A DNA stretch of 63,979 bases, filler included, from Octopus bimaculoides (taxonomy: Eukaryota): assembly GCF_001194135.2 (NCBI RefSeq). It is 6 parts of 6 records of this genome, joined end to end, with 100 filler letters (N's around TTAATTAATTAA, not from the genome) between each part and the next. Parts side by side here need not be neighbours in the genome. Positions count along the whole stretch, not along the records: positions 1 to 13,447 come from NC_068997.1; 5 more parts are not named here. One strand, given 5' to 3'. This document shows, in pieces, positions 1-11,323 of this stretch. The first letter of the stretch is position 1, and each line of letters starts with the position of its first letter. The notes beneath the pieces are model-generated. The model did no database searches, was not told the DNA's origin, and saw only the letters and a list, made by a program, of their open reading frames with translations. The translations under genes were made by a program, and so were the position numbers.

Positions 1-340
1 TACGTATGTGTATGTGTGTATATATATGTGTGCTCCTCATGTATACAGTTTCATTCTTACATAACTAAAATAATTTAAAGATATATTGGTTTTATAAATT
101 ACAATATTACTCCTCTTATAACTTTCTCATACCTCTGTTTATATTTTATCTAATATGAATAATATAATGCATCTAATAATGATAATAATTGATTCATTTG
201 TATGCATATACATGCATTTATGAACGTACGTTTAGGTGTAAGTATATATATTTGTGTTTATTTATGTATATGTATGTATATGTACAAGTATGTATATATG
301 TGTGTATTTATATTTATAACTTAATCTTCTGTAATTTCTA

Positions 341-469
341 AAATCTCTGATGAAGCCTAGAGAAACACTCAAGTACCTCAATTTCATTTACTAATTACTT
401 AATGCCACTGGAGGGATAAAGGTAGAATGAGGTGTTTTTGCCTCTTGGCTGAAACAGCTGCAAGATATT
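341..469 (+). ncRNA. Degenerate type-I hammerhead ribozyme motif (PLE-type) with long stem II
   Basis: AAATCT-CTGATGA(347-353)-AGCCTAGAG...CTCTTGGCT(442-450)-GAA-ACAGCTGC-A-AGATATT. Stem II pairs 8/9 and extends via AAACAC/GTGTTT. Stem III is a near-palindrome (ACAGCTG[T>C]). Stem I ATCT/AGAT. Confidence 0.6.
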
Positions 470-1261
470 ACCCCAATTTTTATTGCTATATGTTATATTT
501 TAATAATTACTGATTTTTTAATATTTTATATATTATATATATAAAGTATAATATGTTATACATGTATGTATATTGTTATAATTGTCCTTTTAGTAAATAA
601 ATAAATTGACATAATATAATGCCTAAAAGTTGATGAATACCACCTATTGATCCCCTCTATTTTTTTGCTCTCTCTCTCTCTCTCTCTCTCTCTCNNNNNN
701 NNNNNNNNNNNNNNNNNNNNNNNNNNNNNNNNNNNNNNNNNNNNNNNNNNNNNNNNNNNNNNNNNNNNNNNNNNNNNNNNNNNNNNNNNNNNNNNNNNNN
801 NNNNNNNNNNNNNNNNNNNNNNNNNNNNNNNNNNNNNNNNNNNNNNNNNNNNNNNNNNNNNNNNNNNNNNNNNNNNNNNNNNNNNNNNNNNNNNNNNNNN
901 NNNNNNNNNNNNNNNNNNNNNNNNNNNNNNNNNNNNNNNNNNNNNNNNNNNNNNNNNNNNNNNNNNNNNNNNNNNNNNNNNNNNNNNNNNNNNNNNNNNN
1001 NNNNNNNNNNNNNNNNNNNNNNNNNNNNNNNNNNNNNNNNNNNNNNNNNNNNNNNNNNNNNNNNNNNNNNNNNNNNNNNNNNNNNNNNNNNNNNNNNNNN
1101 NNNNNNNNNNNNNNNNNNNNNNNNNNNNNNNNNNNNNNNNNNNNNNNNNNNNNNNNNNNNNNNNNNNNNNNNNNNNNNNNNNNNNNNNNNNNNNNNNNNN
1201 NNNNNNNNNNNNNNNNNNNNNGTATGTATATATGTATGTATATGTGTGTGCGTGTGTGTAT

Positions 1262-2220
1262 ATCTTACATGGTCAAACAAAGCTTACTCTAAGAAATAGA
1301 TTGACCATTCACCGACAAGAAATACGAGAGCCCCGTACTAGACAGATTCCACTGAGTGGTCACATAGACATGTGCAAAAAATAAGTCTCCCAAATTCCAG
1401 GTCGTCTCACTCTACCTATGTTCAGCGAATACTACGGATGAAGCACGGATAAACAAAGAAAATACTTTCATACAAAAGTACAAACCAAGATTTAACAAAC
1501 TTTGACAGAGTACATACACAACTATTCACAAACAAAATTCAGTTTGCCACTTATCAAGAGGAAGCTACACAGCTTACAACCTAAATTTTAGCCATTAGAC
1601 AACATAAAAACGTCTCCTGTCCATTCTCCCATCAGACAGATTAAATTTGGAGTGCCTTGACTATAACTAAACATGATTATAACTAAACATGATTATAACT
1701 AAACTTGATTATAACTAAACTCAACTGTGCCGACCTTCTTTTTAGGCCAAAATATACTGCCACGTGACACTGATGCACGGACTTAGAGGGAAAGATACAA
1801 AAGGTTATAAACTTAATCATGTATTCATTCTCTACAGACACTTGACAGAAAACATTCAAAGCGTTCACTGTTTGGACTTGTTCAGTCAACTGTCTCAGTC
1901 TTAACTTACGACGCCAAACATTGTCCCTTGATACTAACACACAGACGTAACAGGGAACCTACAAAAATTTTCTAAAACCAGTCATGTGACTGTCCTCTAC
2001 CAATCAAACCTTATTCAAAACATATACTAATTTGAGCCATGAACACCCTACAAAAAACAGGGCAAACTTTAAAAAACTAGTCAGAAGAAAGCTGCGACAT
2101 AAGCCTTTCTATTTGAACTTTTTGAAAATCAGTGCAAACTGTGAAAGCGGTTAAAGCTTCAAATATATTAATAAAAATATTTTAACTATTCTCAGTGCAT
2201 TTTTAACTTCTGTATTTCTT
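1262..2220 (+). mobile_element. Penelope-like element 3' remnant: GIY-YIG endonuclease fragment plus presumed pLTR
   Basis: Translation LHGQTKLTLRNRLTIHRQEIREPRTRQIPLSGHIDMC...FIQKYKPRFN matches the PLE YIGQT..L..R...H and terminal P..N pattern. Contains stops; right boundary approximate. Confidence 0.7.
1662..1720 (+). repeat. 16-bp tandem repeat, about 3.7 copies (TATAACTAAACATGAT)
   Basis: Directly visible tandem units. Confidence 0.9.
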
Positions 2221-2259
2221 ATACACACACACACATACACACACACGCACACACACACA

Positions 2260-2336
<77 letters not shown>

Positions 2337-2456
2337 GTATATATATCAGAAATCCTAGTTTTTACCTTACATCAATGCAACAATGACAGCATCTACACAC
2401 TGGATTGTAATACTAGAATAAGCTGATGTGCTCCAAGAAGACAGTTTGGATTTTCC

Positions 2457-2502
<46 letters not shown>

Positions 2503-4157
2503 GCACACATATATTTGTGTGTGTGTGTGTGTGTGTACTTGCGAGTGTGTGTATGTGTGCGCGAGCGTGTTTGTGTGTGTGTATGTGTATAAGTTTCAAG
2601 CAGTAGGCGGCTTGTATAAGGAAAAGTGGATAGTATACAATAACAATTCATTGGCATCGAGTGTTCTATAATTTTTCCCTTACCGAAGTTACAAACAATT
2701 TCGACAGGCTAATAGTTTCTATGCAACTCACACTCAGCAACTAATCCTGCCAAAAATGATACCAATAATGATACCAATCTTTATCTTCTTTCTTTCCTTC
2801 ATTCCTTTTCTCCTTTTCTTCCTACACTTTGACCCTAAACCACACCCACTCTGTGCATATTTTGAGTTTGAACTTGCGCTAAAACGTTCATTGATCTTCT
2901 CAACTGACATACTTTATGTTTTACATTTTATATTTTTATTCTTTGCTATTGGATTTTCTGTTCATTTGGACTCGCCATTGTGTTGCAGCTGACTTGAAAT
3001 TCTGTTCAGCAATGTAAGCTTCATTGAGGTAATTTTAGCCTGATGACTAGCTATGCTGAGTAGAGTTCGTTGCGGAACAATTGCATAATGTGTATCAGAC
3101 CTGTTGCAGCCCTTTAAATTTTGTATATATATATATATATATATATNNNNNNNNNNNNNNNNNNNNNNNNNNNNNNNNNNNNNNNNNNNNNNNNNNNNNN
3201 NNNNNNNNNNNNNNNNNNNNNNNNNNNNNNNNNNNNNNNNNNNNNNNNNNNNNNNNNNNNNNNNNNNNNNNNNNNNNNNNNNNNNNNNNNNNNNNNNNNN
3301 NNNNNNNNNNNNNNNNNNNNNNNNNNNNNNNNNNNNNNNNNNNNNNNNNNNNNNNNNNNNNNNNNNNNNNNNNNNNNNNNNNNNNNNNNNNNNNNNNNNN
3401 NNNNNNNNNNNNNNNNNNNNNNNNNNNNNNNNNNNNNNNNNNNNNNNNNNNNNNNNNNNNNNNNNNNNNNNNNNNNNNNNNNNNNNNNNNNNNNNNNNNN
3501 NNNNNNNNNNNNNNNNNNNNNNNNNNNNNNNNNNNNNNNNNNNNNNNNNNNNNNNNNNNNNNNNNNNNNNNNNNNNNNNNNNNNNNNNNNNNNNNNNNNN
3601 NNNNNNNNNNNNNNNNNNNNNNNNNNNNNNNNNNNNNNNNNNNNNNNNNNNNNNNNNNNNNNNNNNNNNNNNNNNNNNNNNNNNNNNNNNNNNNNNNNNN
3701 NNNNNNNNNNNNNNNNNNNNNNNNNNNNNNNNNNNNNNNNNNNNNNNNNNNNNNNNNNNNNNNNNNNNNNNNNNNNNNNNNNNNNNNNNNNNNNNNNNNN
3801 NNNNNNNNNNNNNNNNNNNNNNNNNNNNNNNNNNNNNNNNNNNNNNNNNNNNNNNNNNNNNNNNNNNNNNNNNNNNNNNNNNNNNNNNNNNNNNNNNNNN
3901 NNNNNNNNNNNNNNNNNNNNNNNNNNNNNNNNNNNNNNNNNNNNNNNNNNNNNNNNNNNNNNNNNNNNNNNNNNNNNNNNNNNNNNNNNATGAAGATCGA
4001 CATTAAATAAACTGTTTATTTCAAAAGTCATTTGTTTTACCCTAAAACGAATAAAAGTAATTAAAAAAATGTACAAAAGTATAAATATTACCTTGAATCC
4101 CACACAATCTCATCAGCATACATGTTTTCCTAAATACATTACAAGCGTTTTCTTATA

Positions 4158-4325
4158 TTCTTTTCTACTCTAGGTACAAGGCCCGAAATTTTTTTTGGGG
4201 GGACCAGTCGATTAGATCGACCCTAGTACGCAAATGGTACTTAATTTATCGGTCCTGAAAAGATGAAAGGCAAAGTCAACCTCGGCGGAATTTGAACTCA
4301 GGACATAAAGACGAACGAAATGCTA

Positions 4326-4376
<51 letters not shown>

Positions 4377-4580
4377 GCTGCTGGTTGAATTGGTAGCACG
4401 TCGGGAGAAATGCTTAGCAGTATTTCGTTCGTCTTTACGTTCTGAATTCAAATTCCGGCGAGGTTGACTTTACCTTTCACCCTTTCGGATTCGATAAAAT
4501 GAATACCAGTTAGCACTGGGGTCGATGTAATCGACTTACACCATCTCCTGACTTGCTGGCCTAGTGCCAAAATTTGAAAT
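4158..4580. mobile_element. Two head-to-head tRNA-derived SINEs (about 4158-4324 minus, 4377-4580 plus) separated by (TTA)n
   Basis: Both carry the recurring family core GAGTTCAAATTCCGCCGAGGTCGACTTTGCCTTTCA...CTGGGGTCGAT, in opposite orientation. Confidence 0.8.
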
Positions 4581-4810
4581 CATCATCATCATCATCATCC
4601 TTTTCGTCCTTCTCGTCCTCTTCCTCGTCTTCTTCGTCCTCGTCGTCGTCCTCCTCCCTTCTTCTTCTTCTTCTTCTTCTTCTTCTTCTTCTTCTTCTTC
4701 TCCTCCTCCTCCTCCTCCTCCTTCTTCTTTTCATATATATATATATATGCGTGTGTGTGTTTGTGTGTGTGTGTATGTGCGTGTGTGTATGAATGCGTAT
4801 GTGTGTGTGT
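4580..4810. repeat. Compound microsatellite (ATC)n/(TCC/TCG)n/(TCT)n/(TA)n/(TG)n
   Basis: Direct; explains the poly-R/S/L ORFs in the track. Confidence 0.95.
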
Positions 4811-5855
4811 GGTGTTTGTCCTCCACCACTGCTCAACAATCGGTATTAGTATGTCTACGTCTCCGTAACCTAAGAGACCGATACAATAAGTACTGGGGTC
4901 GATTCATTCGAGTAACGAAATTCCTCTAACCGGGGTGCCCCAGCAAGGCCGTAGTGTATTGGCTGAAAGAACTAAACGATGAAAGATAAAGATGACGAAC
5001 TACACAGCCTTTCTTGGCAACACCCAGATACGGTATTTAAATAAAAAAATTATTATTTGGTAGGAAATCATTTATGTAAGTGCACTAAAGTGACTCGCGC
5101 TTATACTATTTATTTTTGGAAAGATAAACTTTATAACTAATTTCATGTTCAACTGCCTCAGGAAAACTATCTCTAATGGTAGGCCTGTGTATTTTGTTCT
5201 TGCATCTCTAGTGCTATCTCGAAACTTGTTCACCTTGGTGAAATTAATAAATGCAGCTTTTGGTCTTGGTCTGGTAATGCAGGATTTTGGCTCCAGGAAA
5301 TAAGAAGGGGATGTATCTTGACTGAATTTGCTAAATAAATGAACACAGATGTTTATTTTAGGAACAAATGGGTATCTTTAGCCATTTAGTGGCTGAAACT
5401 GAAGCTCTTTGGTGCAATATGACCAAAAGTGCAGTTAACTCTAGTTATCTGATATTGGTAGATTTAATCCATCATTTTCAGGCTAAAACAATTCGTCAAA
5501 GTAATTTTCCGAGTTATTTACCTCACTTTAGAGTGTTTTTCATTATGAACTAAGCCACTATAAGGACATTGCTATCCTTGGTTTAAGAATAAAGCTTTCT
5601 AGTTAAAATCCTGCCTGGATCTAACTTGAAATAAAACGTTTGATGACTATCAGAGAACTAAGAGAGTGAAATGAGTATTGATATAAGTAATATATTTCTA
5701 TACTGTAAAGTTGAGGTTGGATAGTCCGAAAAATATGATCGTTACAAATAACCTCAAGCGATTAAATATTCTGCAATGTGTTTACACAGCTGCTTCGGGC
5801 AGCACACTTCAGTACCAGAAGCTCTGTGAAGCTATCCAGAGATGTTCTCTTTGTT

Positions 5856-5856
<1 letters not shown>

Positions 5857-5938
<82 letters not shown>
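5857..5938. repeat. (CTAT)n(CTGT)n tetranucleotide microsatellite
   Basis: Direct. Confidence 0.95.
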
Positions 5939-5939
<1 letters not shown>

Positions 5940-5942
5940 GAT

Positions 5943-6252
5943 CAGTGGTTCTCAACCTTAGGGGCGTCAGTAAATTCCAAGTGGGGTGCGAGCCCTTGAG
6001 TAAAGGTAGGAATTTCTCTAACTATATTTGTTATTCTCTTAACGAGAGCATGGTCAAATAATGAGAAATTTATGAAAAAATGCAACCTTTACTTTTCTTA
6101 TTGTACTAGCGTAGCGCCGCTTACCATTTTCTGCACTTATTAACACCCCTTCATATCACTCAAAACCCCCACTAATTCTGAATTGTAGCTTTAACATTTG
6201 CCTTTATTTTGTAATTTTTTTGTTACAACAAAACTCAGGTTAAGAACTACTG
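5943..6252. mobile_element. hAT (Charlie/Buster-type) MITE, 310 bp
   Basis: TIRs CAGTGGTTCTCAACCT and AGGTTAAGAACTACTG (14/16 match). 8-bp flanks GTCTAGAT and GTATAAAG; the left one fits the NTCTAGAN target preference. Confidence 0.75.
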
Positions 6253-6585
6253 GTATAAAGCTTAGATATTATTATCGTGTTAAGGCAAACATCTTTTTCA
6301 GTTAATAGATTATAAACAAATTTGATCCAGTTTTCATATATATGAAATATTGTGATTTTTAAAAATCAAGAGACATGCAGAAACATTATCAAATCATTAT
6401 AGTAACTTACTAAGAAATATTAACTTAATTAAAAAAATGAAAACTATTTAAACATTTTAACAAGTTGAAAAGTATGAAATATTTAAAAATAGGAAATAAA
6501 ACAAAAAGTAGGTAATAGGTTCTACTATCGCTCAATCTAATAAAGTCTCAAAAAAAATTAAAATACAGATTGGAAAAATAATAGA

Positions 6586-7162
6586 GCAGTTGTATACTGT
6601 CAACTTAATGTGACAGTCTCATACTGCTGCTATTTAGCCCTAGGAAGCTGGAGCGCTTCCTGCCGGCCTTGACACATTTCCTGTGTCCTTATGTTTGTGA
6701 GGGAGATACAGGCACCTCCACCCAGCCTAGCCTGCATTCAGGGACATATTTCTGAGTCTTTGCCCGTCATCAGCCTGAAGTAGCACGACCAGCTGGATGA
6801 AGATGCCTGTCAATCTCTCACAAACATATATATTTCTAGTGAAAACACATTGGCACTGATTACAAAAATTAGAAATGATCTAATTATAAATCTCACAAAG
6901 AGACTTAAGCAGGAGTGTTACGATAAAGCAGTTGTATACTTTCAACTTAATGTGACAGTCCCAATAAGGGAATCATACTGCTGCTGTTTAGCCCTAGGAA
7001 GCTGAACCGCTTCCTGTGGGCCTTGACACATTTCCTGTGTCCTAAATAGCAGCAGTATGATTCCCTTATTGGGACTGTCACATTAAGTTGACAGTATACA
7101 ACTGCTTCATCGTAACACTGCTGCTTAAGTCTCTCTGTGAGATTTATAATTAGATCATTTAT
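6586..7162 (-). mobile_element. Non-coding hammerhead-bearing retroposon (retrozyme-like or PLE-derived) with partial tandem unit, 5' fold-back and TSD
   Basis: TSD AAAAATAATAGA at 6574-6585 and 7163-7174. Direct repeat with a 342-bp offset (6585 vs 6927). 119-bp inverted arms at 6873-6991 and 7042-7160. HHR at 6737-6779. Confidence 0.75.
6737..6779 (-). ncRNA. Minimal type-I hammerhead ribozyme
   Basis: Minus strand: UUCAGG-CUGAUGA-CGGG CAAAGA CUCA-GAA-AUAUGU-C-CCUGAA. Perfect 6-bp stem I, GUC cleavage triplet (C17 at 6743), self-complementary stem III, C-A mismatch at base of stem II. Confidence 0.75.
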
Positions 7163-7524
7163 AAAAATAATAGAATTTAACAATAAAACGAAAATTTTTA
7201 ATATGAAATACTTATATTAAAAATATAGTAAATTTTTTTGTTAGAAAAAAATGTTTAATATAAAGCCAAATGTTAAACTAAAATTCAGATTTAAATATTA
7301 CAGAAAGTACTAGGTAAAACTGAAAACTATAGAAAATCTTTTCTTTTTTTAAGAAACTTTTTTATATACTTTCCAATGAATAAACACAATATTTTTTTGT
7401 ACAAAATATTAGTAGAACTTCTCTTTTTTTCAGAACCTTTTATTCCAAGCGTTCTAACTTGGGTCTTGACATTATCTTACACATGTCTTATCTTTTGTTC
7501 ACATATTTGTGTTGTCCACTGCAC

Positions 7525-8972
7525 ATCAAATAATTCGTAATAAGTGCAAAGAAACATACATATCTTGACGAATATATTCGATTTAGATTCGTATCCCTCC
7601 AAAATGGTGACACAGAAGTCCCCCAGTGTGTGATATGTTACAAAACTTTGCGTAATGATGGAATTGACCTTCACGCTTGGAACGCCACTTGAGGACAATA
7701 CATCCTGCTCTTGCAGACAAGCTCAAGGCATTCTTTGAAACAAGACATTCCTTGAAGCAAGCTAAGCTGGACGGTAGCAGGGCATTTCGGCAACAAATTT
7801 CAATGACTGCTGAGGCTTCCAATGAGATCGCCATGTTGATTGAGCAAGAAGAGCCATAACATCGGAGAGTCTCTCATAACAGCAAGTCTACTCCGTGCAG
7901 AACTCGTTCTGGGGAAAGATAGGGCAAACAAGCTTTTCCAGATTTCACCATCAAACTGTACAATCAAGGGAAGGATCGACGACTTGTCTAAAGACACTAA
8001 ACATCAAATTCTCGACCAAGTAAGAGGTTCTCCTGTTTTTGCTATCCAGTGTGACGAAACGACTGATATCGCTCAGTGTTCTCTGCTACTGGTATATGTT
8101 CATTTTGTGTCAGGCAACTGTGCAAAAGAGGAAACAGTTGTACAATAGCAACAGCTATTTTCATGATTTATTAAACTTCTTTCAGCAAAACTAACTTTCG
8201 TGGGATTCGCTGGTAGGGGTGTGCACTGATGGAGCTCCAGCCATGCTTGGTCTGCAGTCTGGATTCATTACTGGCATCCAGAACCTTACCTACTGAAGTG
8301 ATAAATGGCCTGAACACGGCTATCAAGGTTGTCAATTTTGTTAAAGGTTGAGCCTTAAGCAGTCGTCTTTTCAAACTGCTGTGTAAAGCTATGAAATCTG
8401 AACATGGAGCATTGCTTTTCACACGAGCGTACGATGGCTATCAAAGGGGAACATACTTGGAGGGCTTTATGAACTACGAGAAGTAGCAATATTTCTACAT
8501 TTGCAACAGGAGGCAGATCTCCATGACAAGTTCCAGTCTGAAGGCTTTCAGCTATCTCTAGCTTACCTGGTTGACATCTTTGAAGCATTGCATGCTCTCA
8601 CCCTTAAACTACAAAGGAACATCATCAACATTCTCACGCACCACGACACCATTCGAACCTTCATGGCCAATTTCGACCTCTGGAAATGTCGAATTTAGCA
8701 GGGAAATACAGCCAGTTTTAGTTACTTGGATTCTGCTCTCATTCACGGTAACCTTGATTCTGAGTTCAAGAAACAAATAATCATTCATCTAACTGACTTG
8801 AAAACAGAATTCATCAGATACTTCCCAGATACAGATGAAAAGCGTGAAGCTTGGAAATTCATCAGGAATCCATTTCCGTGTGAAGTGACTGATGTTTTGG
8901 ATGAAGTGCAAGAGGAGTTTCTTGAGCTGAAGTTCAACTCTCCAGCTTAGGAAGACTTCAAAGAACTGGATC
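7525..8972 (+). pseudogene. Buster/ZBED8-like hAT transposase, frameshifted, runs into gap
   Basis: BED-finger PQCVICYKTL...LERHLRTIHP, FAIQCDETTDIAQ, VCTDGAPAMLG (8217-8250) and LAYLVDIFEAL motifs across several frames. Confidence 0.9.
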
Positions 8973-9883
8973 NNNNNNNNNNNNNNNNNNNNNNNNNNNN
9001 NNNNNNNNNNNNNNNNNNNNNNNNNNNNNNNNNNNNNNNNNNNNNNNNNNNNNNNNNNNNNNNNNNNNNNNNNNNNNNNNNNNNNNNNNNNNNNNNNNNN
9101 NNNNNNNNNNNNNNNNNNNNNNNNNNNNNNNNNNNNNNNNNNNNNNNNNNNNNNNNNNNNNNNNNNNNNNNNNNNNNNNNNNNNNNNNNNNNNNNNNNNN
9201 NNNNNNNNNNNNNNNNNNNNNNNNNNNNNNNNNNNNNNNNNNNNNNNNNNNNNNNNNNNNNNNNNNNNNNNNNNNNNNNNNNNNNNNNNNNNNNNNNNNN
9301 NNNNNNNNNNNNNNNNNNNNNNNNNNNNNNNNNNNNNNNNNNNNNNNNNNNNNNNNNNNNNNNNNNNNNNNNNNNNNNNNNNNNNNNNNNNNNNNNNNNN
9401 NNNNNNNNNNNNNNNNNNNNNNNNNNNNNNNNNNNNNNNNNNNNNNNNNNNNNNNNNNNNNNNNNNNNNNNNNNNNNNNNNNNNNNNNNNNNNNNNNNNN
9501 NNNNNNNNNNNNNNNNNNNNNNNNNNNNNNNNNNNNNNNNNNNNNNNNNNNNNNNNNNNNNNNNNNNNNNNNNNNNNNNNNNNNNNNNNNNNNNNNNNNN
9601 NNNNNNNNNNNNNNNNNNNNNNNNNNNNNNNNNNNNNNNNNNNNNNNNNNNNNNNNNNNNNNNNNNNNNNNNNNNNNNNNNNNNNNNNNNNNNNNNNNNN
9701 NNNNNNNNNNACAACTATATTACAACACATTGCATTAAAAGGAATACTGATATGATGGAGCAACGGCAAAGACATTGATTGACAATATTTACATATAAAC
9801 ATTTAAATTAGGTGAGAGACAAACAAGAAAAATACCAGTTATGGGGTTAAAGTCAGAATTAACTGAACACACGATCAACTTAC

Positions 9884-10047
9884 TTCACTATAAAAAGTAT
9901 CTTTATCTACGTTAATTGGATGTCCGTTAAAGTACCACTTGTAGACGATCTCGAAGTCAGGATTGTAGGAGGCACCGCAGTAGAAGAAAGCTGTTTCATT
10001 CACAATCACCTCTATGTTCGATGGACGGCGGCTGATTACCAAATTTT
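9884..10047 (-). CDS. Internal coding exon of a contactin-like Ig-superfamily gene (N-terminal half of an Ig domain, resembles contactin Ig6)
   Basis: cag|(x)AA NLVISRRPSNIEVIVNETAFFYCGASYNPDFEIVYKWYFNGHPINVDKDTFYSE|gtaagt. 164 bp, phase 1 to phase 0, no stops. Ig B-strand Cys and C-strand Trp (Y.WYFNG). Family assignment is from memory of contactin sequences. Confidence 0.85.
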
Positions 10048-10179
10048 CTGTTTTTTTTTTATAGAAAATTAAAATAAGAGAATTTAGTTTCTGTCAACTT
10101 GAAAGAGTAGCAATTTTACATGAGCTACGTAATTGGAAGCTACTTATTTGAAAGCGATAACTTTAATCAATGAAGACAA

Positions 10180-11323
10180 CGAGGGGTGTTCATTAAAGAT
10201 TTCCCCTGAACCACTTCCGGTTATTGCAAGAAACGAACTTATACAGGTATAATCATACATGTCTCTATATGTCACATTGTAAATTGCAGCTTTCCACTAG
10301 TATTCATTTGTCTTTTACGGCTGCTGAAGTGGACTAAGGTGTAAAACGGAGGCAGTTGAATGGAAATTAGTGATCAGGTTCTTATACTTGAAAGGTCGTA
10401 CACCAAAGAGGACTTTCTATGAGATGAAAGAAGTTTATGCTGACGATGCACTATCATATGAGGTAGTCAAGCACTGGCATCGCTAGTTCAAATGTGGTCG
10501 GACATGGCAGAAACTGCTCCTATTCTTGGACGACCACATTCTACCATTGATGAGACACCATCCATAAAGTGGAAGCCGCCATTTTTGGAGGATCCAACTA
10601 ACGCAAGAATTGAAGATAAATGTAGGGTCCCTGGAAAAAATCATCCACGACCATTTGCTCATGCGGAAGTTGTTTGCACGATGGATTCCTCGGATGCTCA
10701 CACCTTTTCAGGAACAGGAACAAGTCAATTGCTCCCAGGCTCTTTTGGCAATGTGCCAAGAAAATAAGGAGGGCTTCTTTGGCAGACTTATCACAGAATA
10801 TGAAACACGGGTTCATCACTATGATCCTGAGACTAAAGTCGAGTCGAAGCAATGGAAGCATGATAACTCACCACCCCAAAAGAAGGCTCGTGTCCAACTC
10901 ATAGCAGGCAAGGTGATGCTCACAGTCTTTTGCGACGAGCGCGGTGTAGAAGTGATGATGGATTTTCTGGCAAAGAGCACCACAATAAACAGGGCATATT
11001 ATGCTTCTCTACTGCATAAATTGCGGGATGCCATCAAAGCAGAGAGGCGTGGCATGCTGACCAAAGGAGTCCGCCTCCTCCAAGACAACGCCCCAGTTCA
11101 CAATGCGTATGTTGCCGAAATGAAAGAATACTCCTGCAGCTATGACTCCAGATGCAACCTACCGACTTCTACAGACGAAGTCTTCACATCTCCATAAAGC
11201 GACGGGAGAAGTGTGTTACCATTGATGGTGGTTATGCAGAGAAGGTCTAATAAGTATGCCAAGTTTGGTTTAACCCAGTCCTTGGGAAGTGGGTCAGAGG
11301 AAATCTTTAATGAACTCTCCTCG
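10180..11323 (+). mobile_element. Mariner transposon, 1144 bp, internally deleted
   Basis: About 39-bp TIRs (CGAGGGGTGTTCATTAAAGATTTCC; rc at 11285-11323), right flank TA. Motifs WIPRMLT, LITEYETRVHHYDPETK, LLQDNAPVH. The YSPDLAP segment is absent. Confidence 0.9.

Noticed and set aside
3040-3095. CTGATGA...GGAACAATTGCA hammerhead-like string
   Set aside because: GAAA and UH are both altered, and no stem I or II pairing closes the core.
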